Of a stretch of 64,000 bases of DNA, positions 10,781-22,021 are shown piece by piece (position 1 is the first letter of the stretch; the number at the start of each line of letters is the position of its first letter). The position numbers and the translations under genes are program-made. The notes beneath the pieces were generated by a model that saw only the letters and a program-made list of their open reading frames with translations, had not been told where the DNA came from and made no database searches. Source of the DNA: Felis catus (lineage: Eukaryota); NCBI RefSeq assembly GCF_018350175.1, contig NC_058377.1, forward strand, positions 114,204,001-114,268,000, written 5' to 3'.

Positions 10781-10801
10781 GGACTACGCGTCCCAGCAGG
10801 C
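10781..10801 (+). promoter_or_regulatory. ZNF143/THAP11-type SBS motif (ACTACnnnTCCCA)
   Basis: GGACTACGCGTCCCAGCAGGC matches ACTAC-N3-TCCCAG with correct spacing. Confidence 0.7.
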
Positions 10802-10812
10802 GGCGCGCGGCG

Positions 10813-10824
10813 CGTCACTTCCGG
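10813..10824 (-). promoter_or_regulatory. Overlapping ETS-CRE motif (GABPA/CREB1 type)
   Basis: CGTCACTTCCGG on + equals CCGGAAGTGACG on -, the known ETS-CRE composite. Confidence 0.75.
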
Positions 10825-10829
10825 CGGCG

Positions 10830-10934
10830 CCCGCGGCGCGCGTGTGGGAGTGTGCGAGCGAGTGTTTACTTCCGGCCGCCGCCGCCGCCGCGGGCTGAGG
10901 GCCGAGCGTGTCGGGCGGCGGGCCCCGAGCAGCC
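10830..10934 (+). other. MOB2: MOB2 exon 1 5'UTR (TSS approximate)
   Basis: GC-rich, ATG-free stretch between the core promoter motifs and the start codon; contains a short (CCG)5 run at ~10876-10890. The TSS is inferred, not seen. Confidence 0.6.
10868..10875 (-). promoter_or_regulatory. Second ETS site (CCGGAAGT)
   Basis: ACTTCCGG on +. Confidence 0.6.
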
Positions 10935-10951
10935 ATGGACTGGCTCATGGG
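10935..10951 (+). CDS. MOB2: MOB kinase activator 2, first coding exon (M-D-W-L-M-G, phase-2 donor)
   Basis: GCAGCC-ATG-G strong Kozak, then ATG GAC TGG CTC ATG GG|GTGAGT consensus donor inside a CpG island. It matches the recalled mammalian MOB2 N-terminus MDWLMGKSKAKPNGKK, where exon 2 starts with G to complete Gly6. Confidence 0.85.
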
Positions 10952-13900
10952 GTGAGTGGGGCGGCGGGGCAGGCGGGCCGGGGCGGCGGGGCGCGCTGCG
11001 GGCGGCACGGGGTCGGGGTGCGGAGCAGGGCGGTCCGGGCGGCGGCGGCGGCGGCGGCGGCACGCTGGCCTTCCGTCCCGCTGGCCCTGCGCGCGGCTGG
11101 AAACCCGGGAAGCACAGCGTGGCGTCGTGTCCAGAAGTTGCTGTCCCCGAAGCGAGCTCGGGTGAAAACTTTTTTGTTTTTGAGGAACGAGAGGGGCGGG
11201 TACTTTTCCCCCGGTGGCGCGGCCCTCGTGCGTCCCCGCCCGACGCTCCGAGCGCCCCCGCCCCGCCGCCCCCGGGGGCTGGGCTGGCAGCGCGCAGGTG
11301 GAGGTGCCCGGCCGACCCCGCAGACCCGGCAGCGGGGCGAATGGTCTTCGGGTCCGCGCAGGGCCGGGGGGGGCGGGGTGGGGGGGGGACGGCGTGCCCC
11401 TGCCCGGCCCGCAGGTTGGCCGCGCGGGCCAGTGACGGGGAGACCGGCGGAGGTGGGCACGGGAGGGCTGGATCCAGAGGCCAAAGAGAAGTTCGAGCTC
11501 GGCAGGGGAAGGCCTGGGCCCAGAGGGCAGGGCTCGGGCCGCGTGGGGCGGCAGGGGACCGCCGTGGGGCGGGGGGGGGGGGGGGGGGGCGCTCCCCTGG
11601 CCGCCTGGACAGGCCGGCCTCCGTCCTGCGCCCGCTGCTTGGCGGCGGTGTGCCTTCACGCCGTCAGGTCACGTCTCCAGACCTGCTTTTCTAACGCCGC
11701 CCGGGACCTGGAAACGGCAGCGCTCGCGGGCCAGGTGCGGGGAGGTAGGCCCAGGCGGCCGAAAAGAGCGCTTGGCGCCGGGCTGGGCACTGGCGACCGT
11801 GGGCTGCCGGCAGGACGGGGATGCGTTTTGTGGGGGGCCTTTGTACCCCACAGGCGCGGAGGGTCGAGGGCAGGCGGCCGCGTTCGCTTATTTGGACCCT
11901 CGGACGCTCTCTGCGTGGATAGGCCGCCCCGCGGCGCTTCGGGGAGTGGACGGCTGATGGGCCGAGTTGACTTCCCGGCGCCGCGGCCGCAGGGCCGCTC
12001 CGAGCGTGGGGTTGTTGAGGGAGCGGCGGACTGCCTCGCCGTCTGCGTGGGATCGCTCGGCGCGCCGGCCCACACGGAGCGGGTCCTCCGTGCTGAACCC
12101 CCGCCGGCAGGCGGTCTTTTCAACCGAGTTCCGTGCTTTGTGCCCCTTCTGTCGTCGCGGCCAACGTCCAGAAGCTGACCCCAGTGAGGCTAACCGGGCA
12201 CTGTTCTCGAGGCCCTGGGCGAGACTGCAGCCGGGGCGGGGGCGCAGTAAGGTCATCGGAGCCCTCGCCTGCTGGGTCCACGTGCTGCAGGAAGACCGCG
12301 CTGAAAGGGACGGGGCCTTAGGAAGGGCAGGAGCGTGTCCTGCCGCCTGGCCGTGAGACCGGCGGTTCCGAGAGGACGCCAGAGGTCTCGGCAGAGGGAC
12401 TCGGTCGGGGTCTGGTTATCTGTGCGTGTGCGTTTTCAGTTTAGTGGATTCACAGGTTGTGAATCAGAAGTTCTTTCGCAGTTCCTTAACCGCGGACCTC
12501 CCGCCCCTTTAAAGAAAAGTGACGCGGTTTCAGTTGTCACGCAGTGACGTCCCTCCAGAGCTGGTCATCCTAGGACGTGAGAGCTGGGAGGGCCCGGTGC
12601 CCTCTGCCCCTCCCGCACGTTTACTGAGCACCTGCTGTGGAAAAGGAGGATGCCGAGGCCTTGGCTTTCCAGCTGCAGAGGGAGTGAGCAGCCCGGACCC
12701 CAGGTGGCCCTCCGGCTGGTCTCTCCTGGAGGTGAGCCCGCCCACGGCGGGTGAAGAAGCTTGTCCTGCCAGGCACCTTCTGCGTGCTCAGTGCCCGGGC
12801 TTTCGTTGCCCATCAGGCCTTTCTCTGGTTTTCAACCTGGAAGAATTGAGGAACTGTGTTATTTTTTACCGTTCCTTGATATTTTTCTTAATTCACACCA
12901 TTATCAACCAGCTAGTCTGAACTACAGTTCTCTTCTTGTGTTTTAAACAGTTTTTTCTTCTTTCTTAAGAAAGTTTCTTTGCGATGGTTCATCTCGGGTG
13001 ACAAAGCGTGGACTCAACTGTAGTGGCAAGCACCGCTCCCGCCCTCTGTGCTGGCAGCTGTCACGGGCGGAGCAGCCAACGGACGTACTTGTCTGTCACA
13101 GAAAGTGCGCTGCTGAGTAACACCGGCGGCCTTATCTGAGGAAAGGGAGGTCTTGCCGGAAACCTGCCGCGGGAAGTTGAGAACAACGCCAGCGTGTCAC
13201 GACTTGCCGTCGGAGTTCGCTGGGACTCAACTTGGAGGAGAGTTTTGCGATGCGTAGCTTGCCTCCGTGTGTTTTACTGCACGTTTCCTCTGCTCGGCGT
13301 GGAGCTGGCTCGTGAGCTAGGTGTAGAGTAACTTTTCTTTCTTTTTTTAAAGAGTAATTTCTGACCTGAGAAGGGTCACCGCTTCTCGTGTGGCTGCGTC
13401 TTAAGTCCTTGGCGATCTCCGTCCTGGACAGTTGATGACGGGGGAGAAAGCGAGCCCCAGAAGGGACGCTGCGTGAGCTATGTCAGATTCCGCGTGGTCC
13501 CAGACAGTGAGGAGCCCTACACATAGTGGGGAGTGGTTTGGGGGAGAACTTTTGTCTTAACTGGCAGTGACGGGCATTTGTGAGCAGACAGTAAGAGTGC
13601 AGTTTAGTTTTTACCCAACAGAAAGCACAGTCCAGAAGCTTCTGAGTATCTGGGAATGTAGAAGAGGAAATGCACTTCCTCCCACTTCTGAGTGGGGGAG
13701 CACCTCAGCCCTCCCGCTGGTCGTGGGCGAGGCCGACGGGGTGAAGTTTGCAGGGACATGCCCGCCCTCCACCCTGCAGACTGGGCCCGGAGCCAGGGCA
13801 GGGGCAGGCGCACACCAGCCCCCTTCCTGGGGCTGTGGCCGCCCTGTTGATCTTCGAACGGCGGATGAGGTGGGTGACGTCCGTAGCTCAGAGCTCTCCG

Positions 13901-14206
13901 GCTCTGGCAGGAGATCTGCCTCTGGTGTTGGCAGTTTAACGCAGACCACGACGGAAGTTGGCGCTCCTGGTCAGCCAGCAGGCATTTCTAGATGGCCACG
14001 GGGCTTTCTGGCCTGTCTGGCTTGGCCTTCGGAATCTTGTGCTCCGTTGAAGGAGATAATTCCTGTGTACGTGTACCTATGCAGGATTTGAATGGGGTGT
14101 TGATGACTTTTTCTTTGCACTTTGGCTCATGGGACGACTGGCCTGGGACTGACCACCAGATCTGATCGTGTGGACACCCAGACTGGACTTGCCTGAGTCG
14201 CCAGGC

Positions 14207-14665
14207 TTTTTTTTTGTTTTAACAGCCTCATCGAGGTATAGTTTACACGGCGTAGAGTTTACTTGTTTTAAGTGCACAATTGGGTGACTTTCAGTGAAAG
14301 CACAGAGCAGTGTGGCCATCAGCACAGCTCGGTATGTCAGTGTTGCCATCGCCCCGAAGGAGCCTCGTGACCATCGGCGGTCACTCCCCTTTCCCAGCCC
14401 TGGGTAGTGACTGACTGACTTTCTCTAGATCCGCCTGTTCTGAGCGTCTCCCGTAAGTGGAATCACAACACGTGGTCTTTTGTGGCTCTTCACTTAAGTG
14501 TAACGTTTAAAAGTTTGCTCACGTTGTGCGTGGATCAACCATCAGTCCTTTTCACGGCCAGGTGACATTCTGGGGTACGGAGATACGCACACTTTGCTTC
14601 TCTGTCGGTGGTCTGGGTTGTTCCCACTGTTGGTCGATCGTGAGTGATGCTGCGGTGACCCAGCC
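14207..14665 (-). mobile_element. L1MB-type 3' end
   Basis: T-run then TCGAGGTATAGTTTACAC...TTTAAGTGCACAATT, GTAAGTGGAATCACAACACGTGGTCTTTTGTGGC. Confidence 0.85.
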
Positions 14666-16834
14666 TTTTCTGACAGTGAGTTGGGCCACTTCCTCAGCTG
14701 AGGTTACCTTCGGGTCCTGACGGCATCCACTGTCCGCTGTGGGCCGGGCCCTGTGCTTCCGAGATCAAGGAGACAGTCTTTGCTTTGTCAGGCTGGGAGA
14801 GGAGGGCCGCGGACACTGGTGACCCAGCGTGGAGGGGTGAATGAAGTAGAGCTGGGGTGGGGGGGCCAGGCCGGGAGGGTGGCTCAGAGCAGGGGAGCTC
14901 ATATGGGGAGATGCGTAGGAATTTTCCAAGCAGAAAGGCAGGACTGTGGCCCAGGCGTGTGCAAAGGCACGGAGGCATCGACGGAAAAGCTGTCTTCCAG
15001 CTGGTGACCCCCTCGGAAGCTGTGGTCGTGGAGCTTCCAGGAACGGCCGCGGTACAGACGGCTCCACCTGGGCGGCTGTTTGGGCCCGGGCTTGCTGAAC
15101 TTCTTGGCTGCGGCCACTGGTGCGTTCAGATTCCCGTTAACACGAACCCCTTTGTGGGGTGAGCCCGTGCACCTGGGTGCTCTCAGCGGCGCCTCATTTC
15201 TCATTTGTCCTCCCGCTTGGGGTATCCCCTGGGAGCTTTGCAGGGAGCGTCCCAGCAGCTGTGCCTCTGCGGGGAGACGGGACGCGCACTCACCAGTGGC
15301 GCTGCAGACAGGCTCTGCCGGCGACGGGGGTTGTGGCCTGGGAGGGCCCCGGGCCACCCTGGTGGACGCTGCTCTTCCCACTAGGTGCCACCGCCTGGTG
15401 CTTGCTTACCAAGGCCTCTTCCCCAGAACCCAGAAAAGCCAGACAGCACTGGGGGGGGGGGAAGGGGGGGCTGGCTGCCAGGCCTTGTCAGGAGCTGGCG
15501 GTGGCTTGGGAGGGGCTCACTTGGTACAACGGGGCTGTTGTTCGCTCTAAGGCCTGCCGTGGGAGGGAGCCGTGTGGTTCGGGAAGGTGGGTGCCGGGGG
15601 CCTCGGCGGGGATGCCTGTGCCGGTGTTCCTGTGGTCGCGGTGTCTCCTGCTTCGTCCTGGGAACCGACAGGCTCTTGGCTTTGTCGTGAATGTGCTCGT
15701 GTGGCCTGTGAGGTGCTCGGTGAGGCGCTCTCTGCACTTTTTGGGCACATGGATGCTGGGAGCTAGTCAGGGAGCTGGTCTCGGGCCCCGCCCGTGACTT
15801 GTGTGTGTGCCTTTCCTCCCGTCAGTGTCAGCCTGTCCGGAAAAGGAGGTGGCGCATGCTGTTCCTGTCCGACTTGGCAGGAGTGCCGCCCTTCTTTGTC
15901 TCCCGTGTTTGTTTTTCTTCCAGGACAGGACTGCTCCTGGCTGGGCACGCCCACCGGCGCCGGGAGCTGCTCTGTAGAACAGTGCCTGGAGACGGTGGAC
16001 GTAGGAAGAGGTGAAACCAAGGAGTGAACTGTGGAGGCCTAAAGAGGAGAGAGGGAGGTGCTGGGTGGGGTGTCCAGGCCACGTATGAGCTGTGGCACTG
16101 TTCCTGTGTAGAGCCATGTGGCTTTGGGCGGTGACCGCATTCACATTGTCACCTTCTGGTTCCTTTCTCTTTGAAGACGGTTTCCTTTGCTAGCTCGAGA
16201 GAGCTGACAGTGCACGGCTGCTGGGGTGGGACATACTCTCCTCCTTCCTGCAGCTGTTCCTGGGCACATCCCTGGGAGAGCGGGGTGTGTAGTTACAACC
16301 TGTCGCACCTTTTTGTTTGTTTGCTTGTTGGGGATGTCGTTGCTAAGTTGGGTCATAGTGGTGACTTTTGGTGTTAGTTGAGCATTTCTGTGTAGGGTGA
16401 GGGCAGGGAGCTCCCGCAGGGGCACGCACCTTCTCCCCCAGAAGGCAGGCTGACCGTTGGCAAGCAGGGAGGTGTGCCCTCGTTCCCCTTAGGGTCAGGG
16501 GACCTCTCCCCTCCAGCCTTTGCACCAGGCTGGCCCTGGGCTGGCAGACTGTTCTCTCCCAGAGAACGGCGCCTCTGGAGTCCCGTGGTCTCGGGGCTCG
16601 GCCTGCACTGCCCGTGCTCACCAAAGTGGCCAGCCCCCCCACTTCACTGGCTGTGTCCTTCAAGGCCAGCAGGGAGACCCTCCCCAACCCCAAACGGCTT
16701 ACTGGTCTGACCCCCAGCAGTAATGTGGGTGGCTTAGCCAGGTTGTGGATGTGTGGCCCACATCCAGTCCTGGGGTCCAGTGGACTTGGCCCCATCGTGC
16801 CAGGTAAATGTGTCTCTTTTCTTGGGCTTTGGGT

Positions 16835-16965
16835 GGTGTCTGTTGCTGTGAAATCAACCCCAGAACTTAGTGGCTCCGAACAAGGACCACCATTTCTCTC
16901 AACTCTGGGTTGATGGGTGGGGCCTCAGTTTCCCCATATGGCCTCTCTGCATGTGGACTCTGGAG
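16835..16965 (-). mobile_element. Old MLT1 LTR, part 1 (interrupted)
   Basis: GTTGCTGTGAAATCAACCCCAGAACTTAGTGGCT...; continues after the Charlie element. Confidence 0.65.
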
Positions 16966-17601
16966 CAGCATTCTCAAACTTTTTGGTCTCAGGCTCCCCT
17001 TACGTACTTAAAAATTATTGGGTTTAGGGGTGCCTCAGTCGGTTAAGTGTCTGACTTTGGCTCAGGTCACGATCTCACGGTTTGTGAGTTCAAGCCCCGT
17101 GTCGGGCTCAGTGCTGACAGCTCGGAGCCTGGAGCCTGCTTCGGATTTGGTGCCTCCCTTTGTCTCTGTCCCTCCCCTGCTCGTGCTCTGTCTCTCAAAA
17201 ATAAATAAACCTTGAAAAAGAAAATGATTGGATTTATATGGGTTGTAGCTAACAATATTTACGTATTAGCAAATAAAATACATTTACAATATCCTTTAAT
17301 TCACTTAAAGAGAATAGTAAACCCAGTGTATGTCAACGTAAGTTGTTTTCAATTAAAAAGTAACTATATTTTGCAGAACACAAAGCATGAGAAGAACGAT
17401 CCAACTTTTTGCAAATCTCATGAGCTGGATCCCTATGTCTCCTTTTGGGTTCGTTCCGTTATAATCTTACAAGTCACGTAGCTTCTGGAAAGCTCCGCTG
17501 TACACGGGTGAGAGAATGGGACTGAGAGGCAAGTACCGTCTTCAGGTTGTCATGAGAAGAGCTTTAACCGTGGCCCCCCAGGTCACACTTCAAGCACCGT
17601 G
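16966..17601 (+). mobile_element. hAT-Charlie DNA transposon, Charlie1b-like (contains a SINEC)
   Basis: CAGCATTCTCAAACTTTTTGGTCTCAGG...CTTAAAAATTATTG 5' end; TTTTTGCAAATCTC; CTGGAAAGCTCCGCTGTACAC; GGTCACACTTCAAGCACCGTG 3' TIR remnant. Confidence 0.85.
17027..17221 (+). mobile_element. SINEC nested in the Charlie element (short deletion in head)
   Basis: GGGGTGCC-TCAGTCGGTTAAG lacks TGGGTGGC; degenerate TSD AAAAT(T/G)ATTGG(G/A)TTTA. Confidence 0.95.
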
Positions 17602-17770
17602 ACAGGGGCTCTCTACGTGGCCTTGTTGCAGCAGGAGAGCCACGGTGGAAGCTGTCAGAAGACGAGTGTCGGCTCTGCTGTGTCGGTCAGACAAGTCACA
17701 GGGCCACCCAGATACGGTGGGAGGGGACAGACTCTCCCTCCCGAAGGGGGGAGGGGGGCCACGTGTGGGG
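17602..17770 (-). mobile_element. Old MLT1 LTR, part 2
   Basis: GGTCAGACAAGTCACAGGGCCACCCAGAT...GGGACAGACTCTCCCTC matches antisense MLT1F-I type sequence. Confidence 0.6.
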
Positions 17771-17914
17771 AAGGGGAGGGCTGCCGGCAGTCCCATCTGC
17801 AGACCAGGGGGCATGGGAACGTTGGGTCGGTTATTGCTGGAAGTCTGGGTGTCCGGGTGCACGGGCCGCTGTCCTGCAGAGGTGCTGAGCCCGTGTGGCC
17901 CCGGGGCAGCTGCC

Positions 17915-17990
17915 TCAGGTGTGAGTCCTGGCGCCACAGCTTGTTTAGGGCCCCGGAGCCTCTGTTTCTTCATCTGCGACACGGCCTGAG
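17915..17990 (+). mobile_element. MIR fragment
   Basis: GAGCCTCTGTTTCTTCATCTGC core. Confidence 0.45.
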
Positions 17991-20794
17991 TCGTCACCTT
18001 CCTGGCAGCGCTCGGGGGGTTTTGTGAGGCGTCCGCGTGTGGTGTGGGTGCACCTCAGGCAGCTGTTGTAGGGAACCCCCCTCCCCCAGCTGAGACGGGG
18101 CTTAGCACCGGCCGGGTCTGAGAACTCATTTCCGGGCCTGCACTTTCTTCCTGGAGACCTGGGGGTGGGCTGGTGTGCGAGCGGTCCCTGCCCTGCCCGC
18201 CCCCGGCCGTGGTGCCAGCTATGGTGGCCAGTGTGGGAGCGGTCCTGTCCTGCCCCCCCACCCCCCACCCCCAACCCCGGGTGCTGGCTGCGGTGGCCGG
18301 CATACGTGCTCAGCGCCCCAGCGGGGCCAGGTACACGTGAGGTGCACACGGCTTGCCTTCCTGGCTGCTTCCCTCCCAGCTTGTCTGCCCCGAGAACCTC
18401 ACCGCACCGCAGCCTCTAGAGCTCCGCTGTCACCTTGCACGTCACCTTGTCCCTATCACCTCTGTCCTGTTCTCGGAGAGCTGCTGTTATGTGCGGTTAG
18501 GCCTCGTGTCCCGGTCCCTAGGGAGAGCCCGGTCGGATGAGCACACCATCCTGCGGGTACGGCTGCTCTTGGGACTGCAAGGTCGGCACCTGGAGCGTGA
18601 CCCCGGGGTCCTGTGGCGGGTCTGGCTCTCAGGCGACCGTGGGCAGAGGGCGAGGGTTCGGGGGCTCGGTGCTCTCTGGAGACTGCCTGACCCCATCCCC
18701 GAGCAGAGAGTGCCTTCCGCCTGTGACCTGCCGGTTCCCGGTCCCACAGGGCCTGAGCGGGGGGATGTCATCCCGCCACGCTTGCCTTCCCTGCCGGATG
18801 CCAGCGCCTCTGCTGACACAACCCCAGCGTTGTCAGAAGGGCGCCGGCATACCCCGTTTGCCGTCTCCTGGCTCCACCTTTGTGCCGTGGGGGTTGCCGG
18901 CTCATCCCTCTCATTCCGTGCCCCATGCCTGTCCTGACACCGTCACACGCTGGCCCGCACGGGATGCCGTGGCACCGGGTAGCGACGGCGGACCGTGGCC
19001 TTTGTGATCGATGACGCGGGTGCTGTGGCCGCGTCTTCCCTGTGCTCTACCGCTTTCTTGGTTGTGAGCATGTTCCTGCTGCCAAAGAGGGGAGGCTGAG
19101 AGGGCGCTGGCCTCACCGAGAGCGGCTTTTCGTCACCCTGCCGTTTGAGAGGAGCACGCCTGCCCCCCGCTTGTTCACGTTTCCCTCCGTCCGGGCTCCC
19201 CACGGCCATTGTGCCCACTATTTTTCCCATAGCGGACTCCTCATTTCCTTCTCCTGCTGCCCCCCTCTGGGGGCAGCCGCCCTCCGCCCTCCGGGCCCTC
19301 CACAGGTGGACTCTTGTCACTCTTCCCTCCTGGGCTGGGGGGCCGTGCCAGGTCCTCCCCACCTCCTGTGCCGCCCCAGCGCTGAGACCCTGCCTCTTGC
19401 CCTCACTCAGCTCTCCCCCTGTGCCTTTCGTTCTCCACCCTCTGTCCCCACCCCCACCCCCACCCCCCCCCCCCCCCCCGCCTTCCTCCCCATCCCCCAC
19501 CACCACTTCCCTTCTTTCCCTTCATGTCTGGGCCTGGTGGGGGGCAGTCCCAGGGCAAGGCAGTAAGGTTCAGCAGCAGAGGCCGTGGCCCGTGGCCCTG
19601 CCTATCCACGGGCAGCCCCTAAAAGGAGACGCCTGCTTTAGCATGAGCGACGTGCCTCCGTGGCGTGTCTGGTCCTGAGTGAGCAGCCCGTGGTCCGTGG
19701 CTGGGCTCCATCAGCTGGGCTCCATCTGGGGGAGCACTTGAACTGAGCCTGCTTCGGGATGCACGAGGGGTATACATGACCTGAGGTTAGGCTTATCTCT
19801 AAACCCGGGTGGCCACTTCTCCAGCCGTGGAACAAAGGAGCAGGCCCAGCCCCGCGAGGCCAGCAGCACAGAAGTAGCCGCCGTATTCCTGGCAGTTTGT
19901 GAAAAGGTGGTGGCTTTCGCAGTGCTTGTTCCTTCTTCCTGTCTGCCCCTCCCTGGGCAGGCCTTTGAGGGGGCCATGGGGACACTGGCCTCAGCTTGGT
20001 GCTTTAGTTGCTGTCAGTCAGGTGATTTGGCGAGACCCGGGGCCACCCCAGCTACACTCCACGGGACGGAGGCTGTCTCCCTCGTAGAACACACGTGGCC
20101 CGTCAGCATAGGACACAGAGCCAACGGCAAGTTCCCTGGCTGTAGGGCCCCGGATCCCATGCTCAGAGCCTGTCGGCTTGGTCCAGCCTACCAGGTGGGC
20201 TCTGGCTTCTATATACATGAATGTGGCCCCTTTGGCCCGTCCTGTGCATCCCTCGGGAACGGCGCTGTCCTGGAGGATAGAGGATAACCAGGCATTATCA
20301 CCACCCCAGCTACTCATTAAGTAGACGCTTCCAAAACAAATACGCCTCCGGGCTGCGGCTGTTTTTAAGGCTGTTCTCTACCTGTTCTCTACCTGTCTCC
20401 CCCTTACTGTGAGCCTGAGGTGCTAGGACAGCTGGGGGGAGAAGGGGGCTGACTGGGAGTCGCTTCCTGTGGTGTAGGTGGGCTGCTTGTGGCCCGTGTC
20501 CTTGAGGGCACGCAGCCTGGTGTCTCTCTGGAGGCAGAGCCAGATTCTCGAATGTGAGCAGCACCTGCCTGGCACAGCATTGGCCCAGTGTGTTGCCACT
20601 GCTAGGGTGCTCTGGCCCAGGGATGCCTTTGGGGAGGGGCTGCTCTCTGAACGTCTCATTTAGGAAAAGCGCCTGGGAGGCTTGGGGGTTCCCAGCCTAC
20701 CCCCAGCCTGTTCCATTCAGCAGGATGTGAGTGCCCTGGCCTCAACCCCAGGCCACCAGCCAGCCTCAACGGAGGCCTCAGAGTGAAAGGGAAG

Positions 20795-20982
20795 GGAGAC
20801 CCTGAACTGCAGAGGACACACAGTTGGTCACCAGAGGGGAGGGACGGGATGGGGATCAAGGAGGGCACTTGTGATGAGCGCAGGGCCACGTGTGGAAGTG
20901 CGGAATCACTCGATTGTACACCTGAAACTAACATTACACGGTGTGTTAACTGGGATTTAAATAAAAACTTTAAAAAAGGGAA
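20795..20982 (+). mobile_element. Carnivore L1 3' end (L1_Carn-like) with polyA signal
   Basis: AAGGAGGGCACTTGTGATGAGC...AATCACTCGATTGTACACCTGAAACTAACATTACAC...GATTTAAATAAAAAC. Confidence 0.9.
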
Positions 20983-21005
20983 AGGGGGAAACGCCAGGCA
21001 GCAGG

Positions 21006-21275
21006 CTTCAGAGGGCGCAGCCTTCCCCTCCGACCTTCAGACTGCCCAGCCTTCCCTTCTGACCTTCAGAGCGTGCAGCCTTCCCCCCGACCTTCAGTAC
21101 GCCCAGCCTTCCCCCCTGACCTCCAGAGTGCATAGCCTTCCCCCCCTGACCTTCAGAGCACATAGCCTTCCCCTCTGACCTTCAGAGGGCGCAGCCTTCC
21201 CCTCTGACCTTCAGTACGTGCAGCCTTCCCCCCCCCCCCCCCCGATCTCCAGAGCACCTAGCCTTCCCCCCTGAC
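21006..21275 (+). repeat. 29-bp minisatellite, ~9 units (CTTCAGAGGGCGCAGCCTTCCCCTCTGAC)
   Basis: Units start at 21006, 21035, 21064, 21092, 21121, 21151, 21180, 21209 and ~21246. Confidence 0.95.
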
Positions 21276-21699
21276 AGTTGTACAGCGGCTTTAGAAGCCT
21301 CAACCAGCCCCTGCGGCAGGCCTCCCCTTGGGGTGGTTCACCCATTGAGTCACACTGCTTAGCCCTGGCTCATCAAAGCAGACCCCTTTGATAGGTTCAC
21401 AAGGACTGTCTCTAGTTCAGAGAACGGGGCCCCCAGCATAATGTTCCTCAGTAGGGGAGGAGGGATGGGGTGCATGGGAGGTGATGTTTACTGAATGGGC
21501 CCCCTGGGTCTAGCCACATGGAGGGCACTGCAGGCTGATGGGAGACAGTTGGGTACCCCTGTCACTGCAGCTTTATCTTGGTGGTGCCTTCCTAACAGCT
21601 GCTGGGGGCTGGGTGTGCAGGTGTGGGGAGTAGGGGTGGTCCTTACCAAGGTCCCTTATCCTCCTGGGCCTGTTACATTCTTTAGAAGTGGGAGTGATC

Positions 21700-22021
21700 G
21701 GGGCACCTGGGTGGCTCAGTCAGTTAAGCGTCCGACTCTCGGTTTCAGCTCAGGTCATGATCTCACAGTTTCATGGGTTTGAGCCCGACATTGGGCCATG
21801 TGCTGATGGTATGNNNNNNNNNNNNNNNNNNNNNNNNNNNNNNNNNNNNNNNNNNNNNNNNNNNNNNNNNNNNNNNNNNNNNNNNNNNNNNNNNNNNNNN
21901 NNNNNNNNNNNNNNNNNNNNNNNNNNNNNNNNNNNNNNNNNNNNNNNNNNNNNNNNNNNNNNNNNNNATGCTGTCCCTGTCTCTCTCAAAATAAATAAAC
22001 TTGAAAGAAAATGAAAAAAAA
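21700..22021 (+). mobile_element. SINEC spanning an assembly gap
   Basis: Head at 21700, tail after the Ns; perfect 12-bp TSD AAGTGGGAGTGA at 21686-21697 and 22022-22033. Confidence 0.95.
21814..21967. other. Assembly gap (154 N)
   Basis: Run of N. Confidence 1.

Larger units (their letters stand above)
10660..12560. promoter_or_regulatory. CpG island / MOB2 promoter and 5' intron
   Basis: Very high GC and CpG density, multiple GGGCGG boxes, (GGC)7 at ~11039-11060. Confidence 0.9.

Noticed and set aside
10844-12178. 444-aa ORF across the MOB2 CpG island
   Set aside because: Non-ATG start, out of frame with MDWLMG, reads through the consensus donor; a GC artefact.
285-21243. Long C homopolymers (~285-298, ~19464-19480, ~21228-21243)
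   Set aside because: Lengths are unreliable in assemblies and no function is supported.
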